The notes: a model not told the origin generated them from the letters alone. Counted from the first letter of the stretch, positions 39,743-56,703 are shown. The stretch is DNA of 64,000 nt from Eledone cirrhosa (GCA_964016885.1 OZ024743.1:125488001-125552000); one strand, 5' to 3'. Made by a program: numbers and translations.

Positions 39743-42700
39743 TATTTAAATTTAATTTTTGGAGTTATTTCCCTTACATCAAGCTTGGAAGTCTATGCTT
39801 TACGTGTTGGCTATATACTGCTTTTGTTGCTTACTTATAACAATGAGCTTCCTCGGACAATAGAGTCTTCCCAAAATGTTAGGCTTGTCCACTCACCAAG
39901 ATTGCATATACCAATACTGTTGTGTATACGGTTCTGAAAGTTAATTGTCCAACAGATGTAAATATTCCAACAAAATTATCTCACTAGTACTACACCCCCG
40001 ACACACCTAATATAGATATGAAAACTGAATCTTATAAGACATTTTTGTGGTTGTGGTGGTGGTGGGGGGGGGGGGGATTACAGCCAAATCACAGTCTCCA
40101 TGGCATACTACATCTTTTAGATTTCCTTTGTTAGACATAAGGCCTGGTATTTTTAAGGAAGGCAAATGAGATGTTGTGACATTCATGCTTTCTTCAAGAT
40201 TATTAGTGTCATTAAAAAGGGAATTTGCTTTAACGTTTTCGTTGCAATATTTATAATGAAAAATACTGTCTATAATTTTGAAGAATAATCAAGAATTTTG
40301 ATAATATAAAACTAACTTTCTCATTATTTAGCCAGTATTTGGAGAACAACTTAAGAAAGGTTCTTATATAAAATTATGGTGAAAGGCTTTTAGATAAATA
40401 TAAACACTTTAAAATAAACATCCTTGTATTATAGAACTAGTGTATCGAAAGGGTTACCTAGAATAAAAATGAAGCTGTGATTGCTGATGCTTTCCTCTGC
40501 TGATTAATATTGATTCATTTCTTTGCTGGGCCTAGGTTCCTAACACTTGAATATATTGATTTTTTTTGCATAAACACAAGGTACAGAAGAAAGGAAATGA
40601 GATATTGAGACATAATCATACATATATATTGAACCTATGTAGTTGTATTCACAATTACATGCACATACATGTAAATGGCTGAGAGGAGGAGGAAATAGGG
40701 GGTGGCAGTTAGTTTTTGATTGATTAGTAAATAGAACCTGTAAATGTGCATGTACTCATATATTATTGTAGTTATGCATCTGTTGAAAAGAAGTAGGCAT
40801 GGTTGAAAGGTGCAAACATAGCTGTGAAAGCTCAGGCATGGCTATGTGGTTAACGATTTCCTACACAACCATGTGGTTTCAGGTTTAATCCCACACCATA
40901 CCTTTGTCAATTGCCTTCTACTTTAGCTTTGGGCACACCATTGCCTTCTGAGTGCATATGTGCAAATAAGATAATTTGTAATTGTTGCTTCGCCCATATA
41001 TGGTACATTTTCAGATTCCTCGTTGACTTGTGTGCGTATGAGTGAAGCACCTCTTATAAATTTTCTTTTTCGTGCATTCACACAATTGCATGTACAATAA
41101 ATTTGATGAATCCTACAGATATTTCGGTTTTCCTATTTCGAACCATAAAGGTAAATAAATATATTTAGCTGGTTTAATAGACCTGCCATTAAGGTGATAA
41201 GTGATTTCATATATATAACATTTGTCCACGGGGTGCACCCCCAACGCCACCGCACCCTAGGCCCAGAGCCCATCACCCCCTCCCTTCCCCTCCTTTTCTT
41301 CTGTGGCCCTAGAGTCTTTGCTTTCTCCCTCCTTTTCTTCTCATTTATAGCTTTTATAGTCCCCTCCTCTACTTTCCTGATTATAGGATTCTTTAACCAT
41401 AGACTTTCAACCACTGTCATCCCATCGTGGATTACATTATCCTTCTTTTTATAAGACAATAGAATGTGATTTCAAGGAGGTTTGGCTACTATTCCTAGCG
41501 GAGTAAGCGGTCGTTTAGAAGTTCCAGCATTGGTTTCGTTGTTATTGTTGTTTAACTCCAAATCAGCATTAATCGAGCTAATCCACGAGCTATGTAGAAC
41601 CACATTATCTAATGTGCCCACCCCTTTTTTTAAGGCAGAGTGATGTGAGTTAAGGGAGATGTTGCTGTTATTTCTAGCAGGTCGTCTGACCACATATCAG
41701 CTCCTTTGTTGGTCCGGTAATTCTCATTGGCGTCCGTCATAGCTTTCATTCACATCGAATGGAAAAACATATGATGTGTGGATTGGCTAAATTTGAATCC
41801 AGAATTTAAAGTTACTGAGCGTCTTATAGTGTTCTTTCCATATAAGGCAATAATTGAGGAGGGTGTGTAACAGTCAACAACCACACTCCCCTTCATTCCC
41901 ACTTTCTCTCTCTCTCTCTTTCACTCTAGATTAATTCTGCTCTTCTATTCGTTTTCTCTTTCTCTCCCCGCCTGCTTACACCTTCCTTTTATTTTTCTTA
42001 CTTTCTCTTTGAACGCTTTCTCAATTCAATTGACTTAATACTCTCTTCTCTCTCTGTCCGTCTCTTACTCTCTATTCTTTCCACACACTCTACCTTTTAG
42101 TCTCTTTTCCCTCTTTTATCCACTTACCCTCTTATTCTTTTCTTTTGACTCTTGTAATTCTCTCTCCTGGTTTCTTTTTCCCACTCTTTTCTTTATTTCA
42201 TTCTTTTATGTGTCTCCTCTCTTTGTACACCTCACATATACATACATATCCACACACCCACGTATCCACACAGCTACCGGTACACACACACACATATATA
42301 TATATATGCACACATAGAGACATACGCACACACTTTCACAATCACATACGCGTACAAACAGACGCACACAGGCACATGGATGTACCAAGAAACACATACA
42401 CACATTGTTTGTGGGCGTTCTTTAGTGTTCCACTAGAAAGTATAATCAGCAGGACAACTAACGCTCTCGTGCAGACATCACCGTTTCAAAGGCAATAGTT
42501 CCGTTTTATTTCAATTTCCACTATTGCTTGCGCAATCTGCAAGTGTGGTCGTTGTTATTATTGTTATTGACAAACGTATAACCAAAAAGAAAGAAAAAGA
42601 GATCATACTTAAAAATAATAACAGATTAGATTTATTTAGATATAAATGAAAGGATAATTTTCAACGAGCGAAAATAACAGAAAAACGAATATAAGATTAG

Positions 42701-45240
42701 AAAACAAAAGTTAAAAATAAACTCTGGTATATACATACAATAACAATCAAAATGTTTGGACGTTCCATTCTTCAGGAATTTCAAGACGATGAGTTTTTTG
42801 GGTAAGTTCACTTAGGTTCTCTCTTTCTCTCTATATATACACTATAAAGTTCACCTTGCTAAATTGACACAATAACACCAACCTATCTATCTATCTATCT
42901 ATCTATCTATTTATTTAGCTAGCTAACTGTCTGTCGATCGATCGATCACCCCACCCCCCTCTTTATACACGCACATATATGTGTGTGTGTGTGTGTGTAT
43001 ACATCTTAGAAAAGAAACGTGTATTGAATTATATATTGATGTGTTTTACTAAATAGACTTACAAACAATATTCTATGTACACCACTAAATAAATATATAC
43101 GATAATGTCTATCAATCGTCGTAAGATTCTTGCTGATTTTATTTATATGTTCATTTATTTATGCAAAAGAATGCGTTAATAAATATGCTTGGAAATCTTT
43201 ATGAATGTGTACAAGTTAAATGGTCTATTTATTAAGCTCTTTACATGTGCGGGGTGAAGTTGGTACATAAAGAATGTATAATCAAGTGTCTGGGTGTATC
43301 TATGGAATGAAGAATGTGTGTAAGCATTGTAACAATTTACAGAATGCCTCAAAGAAACCCCATCATTACATATCAGCATCCATTGATTGATTACATTGGT
43401 ATTAGTGGTGTTAGGTTGTTCGGTAGATCTAATGGCAACGATTTTAGCCGTGGCTAGCCTATCTCAGTTGCTTTTGTTTAGCCCCAGGCTAAATCTGATC
43501 GAACAGAGAAACATATGATCAAAGATGTTTCTGTCTTGAACCAACCGATCTTCAGTTCAATTAATGTGTCCTTTCTTTGTTATTTGAAGACGACAGGAGG
43601 GTAACCTGAGCGAGATTTGACTGCCTTTTTGAGTAGGTAGAATGATCCCAGAGACTTATCTCGCTTGCTTGTCTAGCCGTGTCTTTGGAGGTTATGTCTA
43701 TATTTTGAGGACTGTAGAAAATGTGTTGAGGTAGATTTTGATGTTACATCAATGGCTACTTATTGTAGGGCATTCTTTCGCCAAAACGTCTTGTTCAGTC
43801 ACCTGTTAAAGAAATCCTTGATGTAGGTGAACTTCCTATCTTTCGCCCAACCCGTCTGACTTATCAACAATTAGTTACATATTTCAAACACACCTCATTT
43901 CTGTTAAACTCGGTGAATATTCAATTAAATATTTCGTTCCAGTATTTAAATGTCTTAGTATTGTTTGTTTTGTTTTTATGTGGGATGAGGGGCTGAACCC
44001 ATTAGCTTCGCAAACAGACATGAAAAAGGACGTTCCAGCCGTAACCACCTCACTTTTTTATTCAGCCAGCACACAGACACACACACATATGTATGTGTAT
44101 GTACACACACATATATATGACTGTTATCCAATGTACATTTCAACTTTTAATTAAAGAGTGTAATTTGAGGGAGTTATGATTGTTATTTCCAGCAAGTCGA
44201 GTGACCATATAGATGTCTGATTTGTTCCTTTTAATTGTGATCCCCGCCTCATCTGGATCCATATATTTACATTACAACCTATATAACAGATGTGCGGTGT
44301 CGTTACTATCCACTACTGGAAGCTCTTAGCTAGACAACTGTTATAGAAACGTGTGTACTAACAACATATTGCTTTCTTCGTGGCACTTAAAAAATCGATA
44401 AATGTAGGAAAGCAGTAAGGCGAAAAAGCCGTCTAAAAGTAAAGATTATTTCTTATTATTGTGATTTATTATTTATTACAATTGCATACAGTGATATATA
44501 CTCTTGAGAAAAAGTGCAATATCTTGTATGTAAATAGGGGGTATAAGAATTGATCAAGGTGTTTTCTTTTCGTTATCTAATTTCTAATAAAAGACATAAT
44601 AATCAAGAATATAGAGACATTTAGTAATATAACTCATTATTAATCTAGTGTTTGGAATATAACACAACACAACAAAGTTTCTTTACATGAAATTATGATG
44701 CAAGGTTTTTAGATAAAATTTAATCATAGAACCAAGAAAGGTTTGTCAATAAATCTTAGTGTTGACTTAATATTTTCTTTCCTTTTTTATGTAAAATATT
44801 TGTTATTAAAGTGATATGTATGTATGAGTTGAATTTTGACAGCTATGGCATTTGTGTTTATAATTTCAAACTAATAAGAAATAAAAGAAATATTTTCAGG
44901 ACTGTTTAGTATCAAAAGGGTTAGTGAAATAAGAATATTTCGGTGTGTTTAATCACTTGTCATTCCTAACTAATCGATGGAAGAGCCAGCCATAAGAACC
45001 CTTTTGCTGCTCTTCGATTTGTCCTAGTTATTTTCTACTCCATTTTCTGTTGTCTTATCGATATTTTCTTGTCGTGTTATTATTATTGTTTGTAGTATAT
45101 ATGTAATATTTCATACCAAGCCCTGTGTGAAAAGATATATCGACCCTGTTTGTAGTATGACCTGTATATATATAACAGTAAAGAGAGACGAACACAGATA
45201 TATACATATGCGTTCAAATCACAAGGGACGCAAACCGCCA

Positions 45241-45310
<70 letters not shown>

Positions 45311-45360
45311 GGAAAAAATGAAACGAAATTTCATTTCTCACTCTTAGTACGGCTGTTACT

Positions 45361-45741
45361 TAAATATAAGTATGTATACGTACATACATATATGTATACA
45401 TACGCACAGTAGTATGTATATATATATATATACATGCACACATGTATATATATGTACGTATGGATTCACCGAACATTTATTATAATGCTCGGTGTGTTTG
45501 TAAACAAACATCCCGAATTAAGCCGTAGTGTCTAGCAACCATCGTTGCTCATTTGTTCAACACTGACAAAAGAACGCTGTACTAGTTTCAAGCTTATTAG
45601 CTATCGTCACACCGAGCATTATAATAAATGTTCGGTGAATCCATACGTACATATATATATGTGTGCATGTATGTATATATATATACATACTACTGTGCGT
45701 CTGTATACATATATGTATGCACGTATACATACTTATATTTA
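45361..45741. repeat. About 135-bp inverted repeat around a 110-bp spacer containing a clipped hammerhead
   Basis: 45361-45496 vs 45608-45741; spacer minus strand gTGACGA-T-AGC(TAATAA)GCT-T-GAAA-CTAG-TA. Confidence 0.8.
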
Positions 45742-45912
45742 TATATATATATTTATATATATATATATATATATTGCATATATATATATATATATATATA
45801 TATCATAAAACATGTCTATAGAATCACGTTTTATGATATATAGCTCTGATTATTTAATTTATTAACTTTTCATTGAGCCACAAAGTAACCCGTTGCAAAA
45901 CACGTATATGTA

Positions 45913-46078
<166 letters not shown>

Positions 46079-46215
46079 CATATATATATATATGCAAGAA
46101 GCAAAGAAAATTTCAGTGATACGAAAGATTTCCTGGTGCAAGTTCAGGTAAACTCCGAGTTGGTATCCAGTTTCGGGGTGAAGATCCAACGAATTTGAGA
46201 GGCCCACGCAAGCGT

Positions 46216-46332
<117 letters not shown>

Positions 46333-46361
46333 TAGAAAGTGAACAACACAAAATATAACTA

Positions 46362-46429
46362 CTCTATTACCAAAGGTTTCTGGATCCTAGACAATATAAA
46401 TATACGTCTGGATCGTTCATCAGACAGAA
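46362..46429 (-). ncRNA. Hammerhead motif
   Basis: TTCTGT-CTGATGA-AC-GATCCAGACG..TGTCTAGGATC-CA-GAAA-CC(TTT)GG-TA-ATAGAG; base of stem II mismatched. Confidence 0.7.
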
Positions 46430-46636
46430 ATGTAATGGATAGAAAATATGAAATGAGATTTAAAATCTGTTAAAAATTGGAAGTGAGGTTGGAGAAATAA
46501 CGGAAAATATACATGAGAAAAAATATATAAAAATAACAAGTCCAAGTCAACATGAATGGACCTGTTATTTTTATCTAGACATGTTTTCCAATTCCAACCC
46601 GCCCGTCCCTTCAGTCTATCTTATTTCTCATTCTTT

Positions 46637-46672
46637 CTTCTGATGAAGGACTAGCGTCCGAAACGTTACGAC
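46637..46672 (+). ncRNA. Minimal hammerhead motif
   Basis: CTGATGA-A-GGAC(TAGC)GTCC-GAAA-CG-TTA; same family as 9279. Confidence 0.7.
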
Positions 46673-46752
46673 CCCCTTCCTGCTATTTCAAGCGTAAACC
46701 TAATATATTCCTTCCATATACTGTACCGATTGTGTTGTTATTTCTGTTTACC

Positions 46753-46804
<52 letters not shown>

Positions 46805-47008
46805 TGATATTTTATCTGAGTGACCCGAATCTTCCTGGTCGTTATTTTTCGGCTGCACGGGTGATTTTAGGCATAATCTTTGTGTGTTGGTATCTTAACG
46901 ATAGTTATAGCTCTGATTTATCTGAATTATTGAGCCCTCTGCCACTCATGTCGGATTTGTTTATCGTAAATTCGTGAGCTGATTTTCCGATACTTGATTA
47001 TTCTATTC

Positions 47009-47056
<48 letters not shown>

Positions 47057-47235
47057 CCTGCCAACTTCTGAAAACCCAAACGAAGAGTACCATGAAAAAA
47101 TAGTGCCAGAAAATGGGGAGATTTTACATAATAAAAGCTATACCCATTTTCGTAAGAGAAGACATGTCTCACCCACTCCCAAGCCTATTGGAAATCTCCC
47201 CGTCGGACGAAGAGAGTTGACAGGTCTCTGTGTAT

Positions 47236-47462
47236 ATATATTTAATATTATTAAGGCTTTAAAATGAGTCATTTTACTCTGGAGTTTCGCTTGTTTATCA
47301 CGGGGTCATCAGACAATTTGTCTGATAATGATAAACAGACGAAACTCCCAGAGTAACAGGACTCACTTTTTAGCCTTATTAATATTGAATATTAAAACTC
47401 TTCTTCGGTATTGAGTACTCCTTTCTCTCAGCCGTGTTTTCGTTCGTTGTCTTCGCTTTGTT
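47236..47462. repeat. Decayed fold-back with two degenerate hammerheads
   Basis: Apex ATCAGACAATTTGTCTGAT; GAAACTCC(C)AGAGTA in both arms; the right core is mutated to CTGATAA. Confidence 0.65.
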
Positions 47463-47540
47463 TATATATATATATAAATGAAGTAATTCCGTCGGAAAGG
47501 TCCAGGAAAAAAGAGTGCTCTATGTAGGTTACAGAGCTTA

Positions 47541-47793
47541 ATAGTTATGTAATAAACAACATAAGGCATTATTTCATTTACCAGTTGTTTCTTGAAAGCA
47601 AACAAATTTTGCCTTCAATCATCAGAATGAAAAAATCCTGGTGTATTTATTGAATGAAAAAATCCTGGTGTATTTATTGTCAATAAATACACCAGGATTT
47701 TTTCATTCTGATGATTGAAGGCAAAATTTGTTTGCTTTCAAGAAACCACTGGTAAATGAAATAATTGCCTTATGTTGTTTATTACATAACTAT
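47541..47793. repeat. Palindrome with two hammerheads (47572-47632 minus, 47701-47761 plus)
   Basis: TTTCATT-CTGATGA-TTGAAGGCAAA(ATTTG)TTTGCTTTCAA-GAAA-CC(ACT)GG-TA-AATGAAA; 27-bp tandem duplication in the left arm. Confidence 0.9.
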
Positions 47794-47820
47794 ATATAGA
47801 GATATATATATATATATAAT

Positions 47821-48151
47821 ATAAAATCAAAAGATGGTTAAAAGAGTTCCATGTATTTTATTATGCGCATTTCAAAAACAAATATCATCATGGGATGATA
47901 TTTGCGTTCTCATCAGATAAAATAGGGAGACATGATATGAAGCTTAAAAAACACTTAAAAAACACTGCTCAACATATATATTGATTTAACAAGTGTTAAA
48001 TCAACATATATGTTGATTTAACACTTCACTGCTCGCAAGAGTTTTTTAAGCTTCATATCATGTCTCCCTATTTTATCTGATGAGAACGCAAATATCATCC
48101 CATGATAATATTTGTTTTTGAAATGCGCATAATAAAATACATGGAACTCTT
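47821..48151. repeat. Palindrome with two hammerheads (47854-47924 minus, 48069-48139 plus); paralog of 29611-29943
   Basis: Same ribozyme and same apex AAATCAACATATATGTTGATTT. Confidence 0.9.
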
Positions 48152-48409
48152 ATATATTATATATATATTATATATATTATATATATATATTATATATATA
48201 TATTATATATATATTATATATATATTATATATATATTATATATATATATTATATATATTATATATATATATTATATATATATTATATATATATTATATAT
48301 ATATTATATATATATATTATATATATTATATATATATATATATATTATATATATATATTATATATATATATATTATATATATATATTATATATATATATT
48401 ATATATATA

Positions 48410-48542
48410 TACGTCCCTTTACAATCTGAGTTCAAATCCCGCCGAGGTTGACTTTGCCTTTCATCCTTACTGGGTCGATAAAATAAAGTACCAGTAATGC
48501 ACTGGGTATTTGTTGGCCTTGTGCCTAAAATAGAAACAATTA
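48410..48542 (+). mobile_element. 5'-truncated SINE family 1
   Basis: B-box and core. Confidence 0.85.
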
Positions 48543-48570
48543 TATATATATTATATATATATTATATATA

Positions 48571-48641
<71 letters not shown>

Positions 48642-48711
48642 CGTTTCTGAATTTGTTTAGCAAGATTCTTTATCTGAAATCGTGTGTATATAATAAATAT
48701 ATATCTATCTC

Positions 48712-49262
48712 TCTAAGGCGGGTAAAATTCCCGAGATCCATGGACGAGTTCTCTCCAGCGGTCTCTGTCCCTCATTATCGCTGCCATGTCCTGCGTCTCC
48801 AACAGACCAGTGTCTGTCCTTAGGGCATCAACATATGTTAACCTTGGTCTTCCTCTTCCAGTGTGTCCATGTAGGGGCTCCCAAAGGAGCACTGAGTGCA
48901 ATGTCAACTCTGGATGTCGGTGAGCATGTCCAGCCAACCTCAGTCTCCTCTGTGTCACTTTTGAGCTGACTTTTGGGAGGCTCCCATACAGCTCTGAGTT
49001 TTTCATCCTCAGTGTATACTGATTAATGTTCAGAGCCATCCTCAGCATTCTCGTGTAGCACCCATCCACCATCTGAGTGAGTCTCTTGGTCAGTGTCCAA
49101 GTCTCAGACCCATACAGCAGCACAGACTCCACTACAGCAATGAAGAGGCGGATTTTCAGGTCTCTACGAAGGTCCGACTTCCACACCGATCTCAAGCTGT
49201 GGCACGCCGCCCAGGCCTTGCTCTTCCTCTCAACCACATCATCCTCCGTATTCCCAATCTTT
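48712..49262 (-). mobile_element. 3' fragment of a different RTE-like LINE, reading frame still open
   Basis: VESVLLYGSETWTLT...QRRLRLAGH...GRGRPRLTYVD...RDRWR. Confidence 0.85.
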
Positions 49263-49699
49263 GCTCCCAAATACAGTATAAATATATATTTAAATATATA
49301 ATATAATAAATTGAAGTGAAAGCAACTGGTGCGTGTGTTTCTTATTGGCAACATGACCCTCCCAAAGTATAACACTATATATATAATATATTATATATAT
49401 TATATATATATATATATATTATATATATATATATTATATATATATATATTATATATATATATATTATATATATATATATTATATATATATTATATATATA
49501 TATATATTATATATATATATATTATATATATTATATATATATTATATATATATATATTATATATATATATTATATATATATTATATATATATATATTATA
49601 TATATATATTATATATATATTTAGTATCGCTAAAAAGCTTTCTCCGATATTGTATTTATTTATTATATATGTTATATATATATTATATATATTATATAT

Positions 49700-49798
<99 letters not shown>

Positions 49799-49956
49799 TT
49801 TACGTATCGAGAAAGAGAGAAAAAAAGGAGGGATAGGTGATACATATAGTTATTTGCCAAGTAGCGTATGCCAAAGGTGCTCGATACTAGTGCCGGCAGT
49901 ATTAAATATTCGAAGTGTTAATATTTAGTGGGCTAGAGAGTTAGCAGAGCGTAAGC

Positions 49957-50180
49957 ACGTGGGAAAGTGAAAAATCGGAGAATAGACCGTTAAAACATGT
50001 TTATTGAAAATATCACCTACGTACGTTTCGCCCAGTTGGGCTTCTCAAGGACATAAACTATATAAGGAACACTTGTGACTGTTTATGCCCTTGAGAAGCC
50101 CAACTGGGCGAAACGTACGTAGGTGATATTTCCAATAAACATGTTTTAATGGTCTATTCTCCGATTTTTCACTTTCCCAC

Positions 50181-50182
<2 letters not shown>
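49957..50182. repeat. Inverted repeat (102-bp arms) with two U3-A8 variant hammerheads (50011-50055 minus, 50084-50128 plus)
   Basis: CC-TTGAGAA-GCCC(AACT)GGGC-GAAA-CGTACG-TA-GG in both arms. Confidence 0.75.
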
Positions 50183-52957
<2,775 letters not shown>

Positions 52958-53682
52958 CAGAAAAGAGGAAGGCCGTTGACAGAGAACGCTAACTTCTGGC
53001 ATTAATGAAAATATCTTACAACTATTTTGTAAGAAATCGTTGCTCTATTGAACGACTACTCTTCCCCCTCTCACGCAACGCGTGTCCTATAATCCATTTC
53101 CATCATTTCAAAATTGAATTTGTGACTTTTTTTATGACTTTTGGAATCTATTGAAAGTTTGCTTAGGAGAATTTTTTTTTTTCACAGCAGACATTATATA
53201 AACTTGACACAGTTCGATCTAAAAACACATACATTTAACACTTAACATTTCAGTTTCGGTTTCAGGGGCACAGGAAACAAAAAAAAAAAGCCTTCCAATT
53301 TTCTAAATATATGGATTTAAGTTTTTTTCAGTTAATCTTGTATTTATATTTGGTAATTTGCCCAAAACACCTTTAGATTTCTGGTGTGATTTTACTGCAA
53401 GCTGCAATATAGTAGGATTTTACTTTAAAACAAATTATTTAGTTAAATAGAGTTTATAGGGATGAACACATCGATCATTCGTTTTGTTTTGTGCTGTTTT
53501 TGTTTTTACATTCGAAAAGAAGGTATTAAATATTATGAAATATTATGTTGAAATATACTGGATAAAAACATGACTTTGTTTTTTTATTTGTCATCCTTTG
53601 CCCTTTATATATTTCTACCGTATTTCTACCGTATTTCTGAAACACATTAGTAATTTACTACATATCTCACAAAGCTTCATAT

Positions 53683-53771
<89 letters not shown>

Positions 53772-53814
53772 CAAAATATTAATAAATGAAAAATATTCTC
53801 ATAACCAAAATATA

Positions 53815-54022
53815 TATTTTATTATACATATTTCAAAGGTACAATGGTGTTTCAGTACGTTTTCATCAGATAAAATATGAGAGATTGGATATGCGACATA
53901 CCGCTAAGGTTTTGATTATTCAATTCCTGTAGTGGAATTGAATAATCAAAACCTTAGCGGTATGTCGTATATCCAATCTCTCATATATTTTATCTGATGA
54001 AAACGTACTGAAACACCATTGT
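53815..54022. repeat. Palindrome (arms 53841-53927 / 53934-54022) with a full hammerhead on minus (53815-53877) and a truncated one on plus
   Basis: TATTTTAT-CTGATGA-AAACGTAC..GTACCTTT-GAAA-TATGTA-TA-ATAAAATA; the right copy stops inside stem II. Confidence 0.85.
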
Positions 54023-55002
54023 CTCGAATGTCACAGACCAGCTCATACTCAAGAAGAATAAGCCATAGACTAGAAAAAATAGTTTACCGAATAATTTTTG
54101 TGAATTTAGAATTTTATTCCGTTTGGCTGCTGATACCGCAGCATCCAGGCGTCTCAAATAAGACAACTATTTCTTGCCCAGAGGCAACTCTGGACAATGC
54201 GACTGGCTTCAAAATTGTTGGATATTGACTCGAGTCAAGACTCGTTCGATAATTAAGTCCAGCTCGGTGTAGCGAGTAAAGTGTTCAGACGGGAAGACAC
54301 TTCATGAAGACCCGTGGAGTCAAGGGGCCTTCACAACGTTTAAACCCCACACAGATGTCGGTTCCGACTCGGAGCGCAATGGAAATGCAGAGCTCATCCA
54401 GATTGAGTAGGCCAACACATTGAGAAGCATCGACTCACCCACCCTGAGAATTTGGCATTTGCAGAAAGTGACACTTTGAATATTAAATAGAAATTAGAAT
54501 CAATCATAATCAACAAGGAGCCTCCAATTGAACCCTTTACTGGCTGGAAATAGCAGCCAAATTCCCTTAGAGTTATACCCTATTTTTGTTTTTATTTATT
54601 ATTTGTGGTGGAGGGCAGAAACGGACCCACTGGTTTAGCTAATCCTAAATACAATGTGTCTGAAAAAAAAAAAAAAGATGAGATGGATACGGTTGAAATA
54701 CCTTTTGATCATATGTCTAATTTATCCGCACCGACTTGAGACTTAATGACAAAAACAAAACAGTTATATTATTACCTCCCTTAGACAGATAAATAGACAC
54801 TTGTTTTATTATCAGACTTCTAATTAATTAATTTATTTAATCAATTTAAACCTCCGAAGTAAGCCATGATAGCTCCTTACAATTAAGAAACTAAAAAGAA
54901 AAGAACGAGAATGACAGTAGGAGTCAGAAGAAGCATAAATAATTTTCAAGTTATAAGACAGCTAAAAAGTTTTTGTTTGTTGTTTGTTTGTATGTACGTA
55001 TG

Positions 55003-55261
55003 CAGGGGCCTTGTTTGCCTGAAAAATGTGAGGGGGAAAAACCAACATTTGTTGATTCTTAAAGGAGCATAAATTGCTTATGCTGCCTTTCCAGGACTCT
55101 ATCACATAAGTAAAATTTTACGCTAAATAAATTTTATATATTCAAATGAAGTTCAGATATAAAAAAAAATAAGCTTAAAAATAATTTATTATATCAAATA
55201 AACAAAAAATAAAATATAGGCGTTTGAAAAAGTTTGGTATCCCCCTGAAACAAGGCCCTTG
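55003..55261. mobile_element. MITE
   Basis: TIRs CAGGGGCCTTGTTT / AAACAAGGCCCTTG; TATG on both flanks. Confidence 0.7.
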
Positions 55262-55289
55262 TATGTGTGTGGGGGGGGTGCATATATAT

Positions 55290-55344
55290 AGTCTTGTCTG
55301 ATGATCCGATTAATATTCAGGAGAAACTCCAGTATAACAAGACT
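55290..55344 (+). ncRNA. Hammerhead motif (family of 47236-47462)
   Basis: AGTCTTGT-CTGATGA-TCC..GGA-GAAA-CTCCAGTA-TA-ACAAGACT; 8-bp stem I, weak stem III. Confidence 0.65.
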
Positions 55345-56142
55345 CATCATTTAGCCATAATATAGAATATTGTGTGTGTAGGCGCGCATTTATGTCCCGC
55401 GACTTAACGCTTTGATAAAATAAGTACCATATTTGAAAAGCACTGCCGTTGATATGATCGACTAAATCCTGTTAAAGCGCTGCTTCAGCTTGAACACAAT
55501 CTGATGGCTGAAACTAGTAAAAGAATACAGTATCTAATTCTCTTTAGAACTTTGCGTTGACTCATTGTTTATTCTTCGTTTTATTGTTTGTTGGAAATAG
55601 TGTCAGCCTGCCTGCTCATCTCTATTGATTTGTGTTATTAATTTTCCCCTTTATATAAACGAATTAACATGCTCCAAGCCTACATGATATCATTTAGTAG
55701 AGTTTTTTTAATTTTCCGATTAAAAAGAAAAATATTGATTTCTTTGAATGTTGTTGCATGTAACAACAATCTACGGTATCAAAAAGTTAGCATCTCAAAG
55801 ACGTCAACATTAAAGATGTCTTACTGATAGATTTTTCGCCTTCTAGCTTAGGTGATCGCCTAATAACAATCCCCGCTATAGTGTGCATGTTTTTTTTTCT
55901 TTTCTTTTTTTTTTTTCTTTTCTTTTTTTTTTTTCTTTATGACTCATTTTTAGTGTTATTGTCCATTTACCCTTAACTTCACCACAGAATCCAGGATTGG
56001 GAGGTCACTAACTTAATATTTTAAAAACATAAATTCTAGCTGATTGGTTAGAAGAATATCTTGTTACTGTAGCTGAATCTCTAATGAAATACTTTCTCTA
56101 TTTCAATTAATTAATGAAGAATTTTGAGCGATTTACTAACAT

Positions 56143-56330
56143 TAGCAATATCGGTAGACGGTTGGACGCTATGCTTTGCAGCATAGAGTTACGACCATTT
56201 ATGGTCTGAGTTCAAATCCTGCCGTTGTTAGCTTTGCCTTTCATCCTTACGGGGTCGATCAAATAAAGTACCAGTAATGCATTGGGATAATTGCTGGCCT
56301 TGTGCCAAAAGTAGAAACAATTATTAATTA
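56143..56330 (+). mobile_element. SINE family 1
   Basis: A/B boxes and core. Confidence 0.85.
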
Positions 56331-56537
56331 TTTCATTATTAAGATAGAACTTAAAATATGGTTCTTATATAAAATTATATTGGAAGATTTTAATTTAAAT
56401 AAGAATCCTTTAAAGTAGGTAGTTTTGTTTCCTAAAACAAGTGCCAGTTGGTATCAAAAGAATACAGTATCTAAGTACCTTAAGAATGACTTGGAAAAAA
56501 ATAAACAAAGATATCAATATGATCAATTTTAAAATGG

Positions 56538-56703
56538 TACCTTAGCATTGCCACAGTTAAATCACTAAACCCAATAAAAGAAATATAGATATATAGAAAT
56601 TAATGCTGTTCATTTAACATACCTTAGCATTGCCACAGTTAAATCACTAAACCCAATAAAAGAAATATAGATATATAGAAATTAATGCTGTTCATTTAAC
56701 ATA
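56538..56703. repeat. 82-bp tandem duplication
   Basis: TACCTTAGCATTGCC...TTTAACA twice. Confidence 0.95.
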
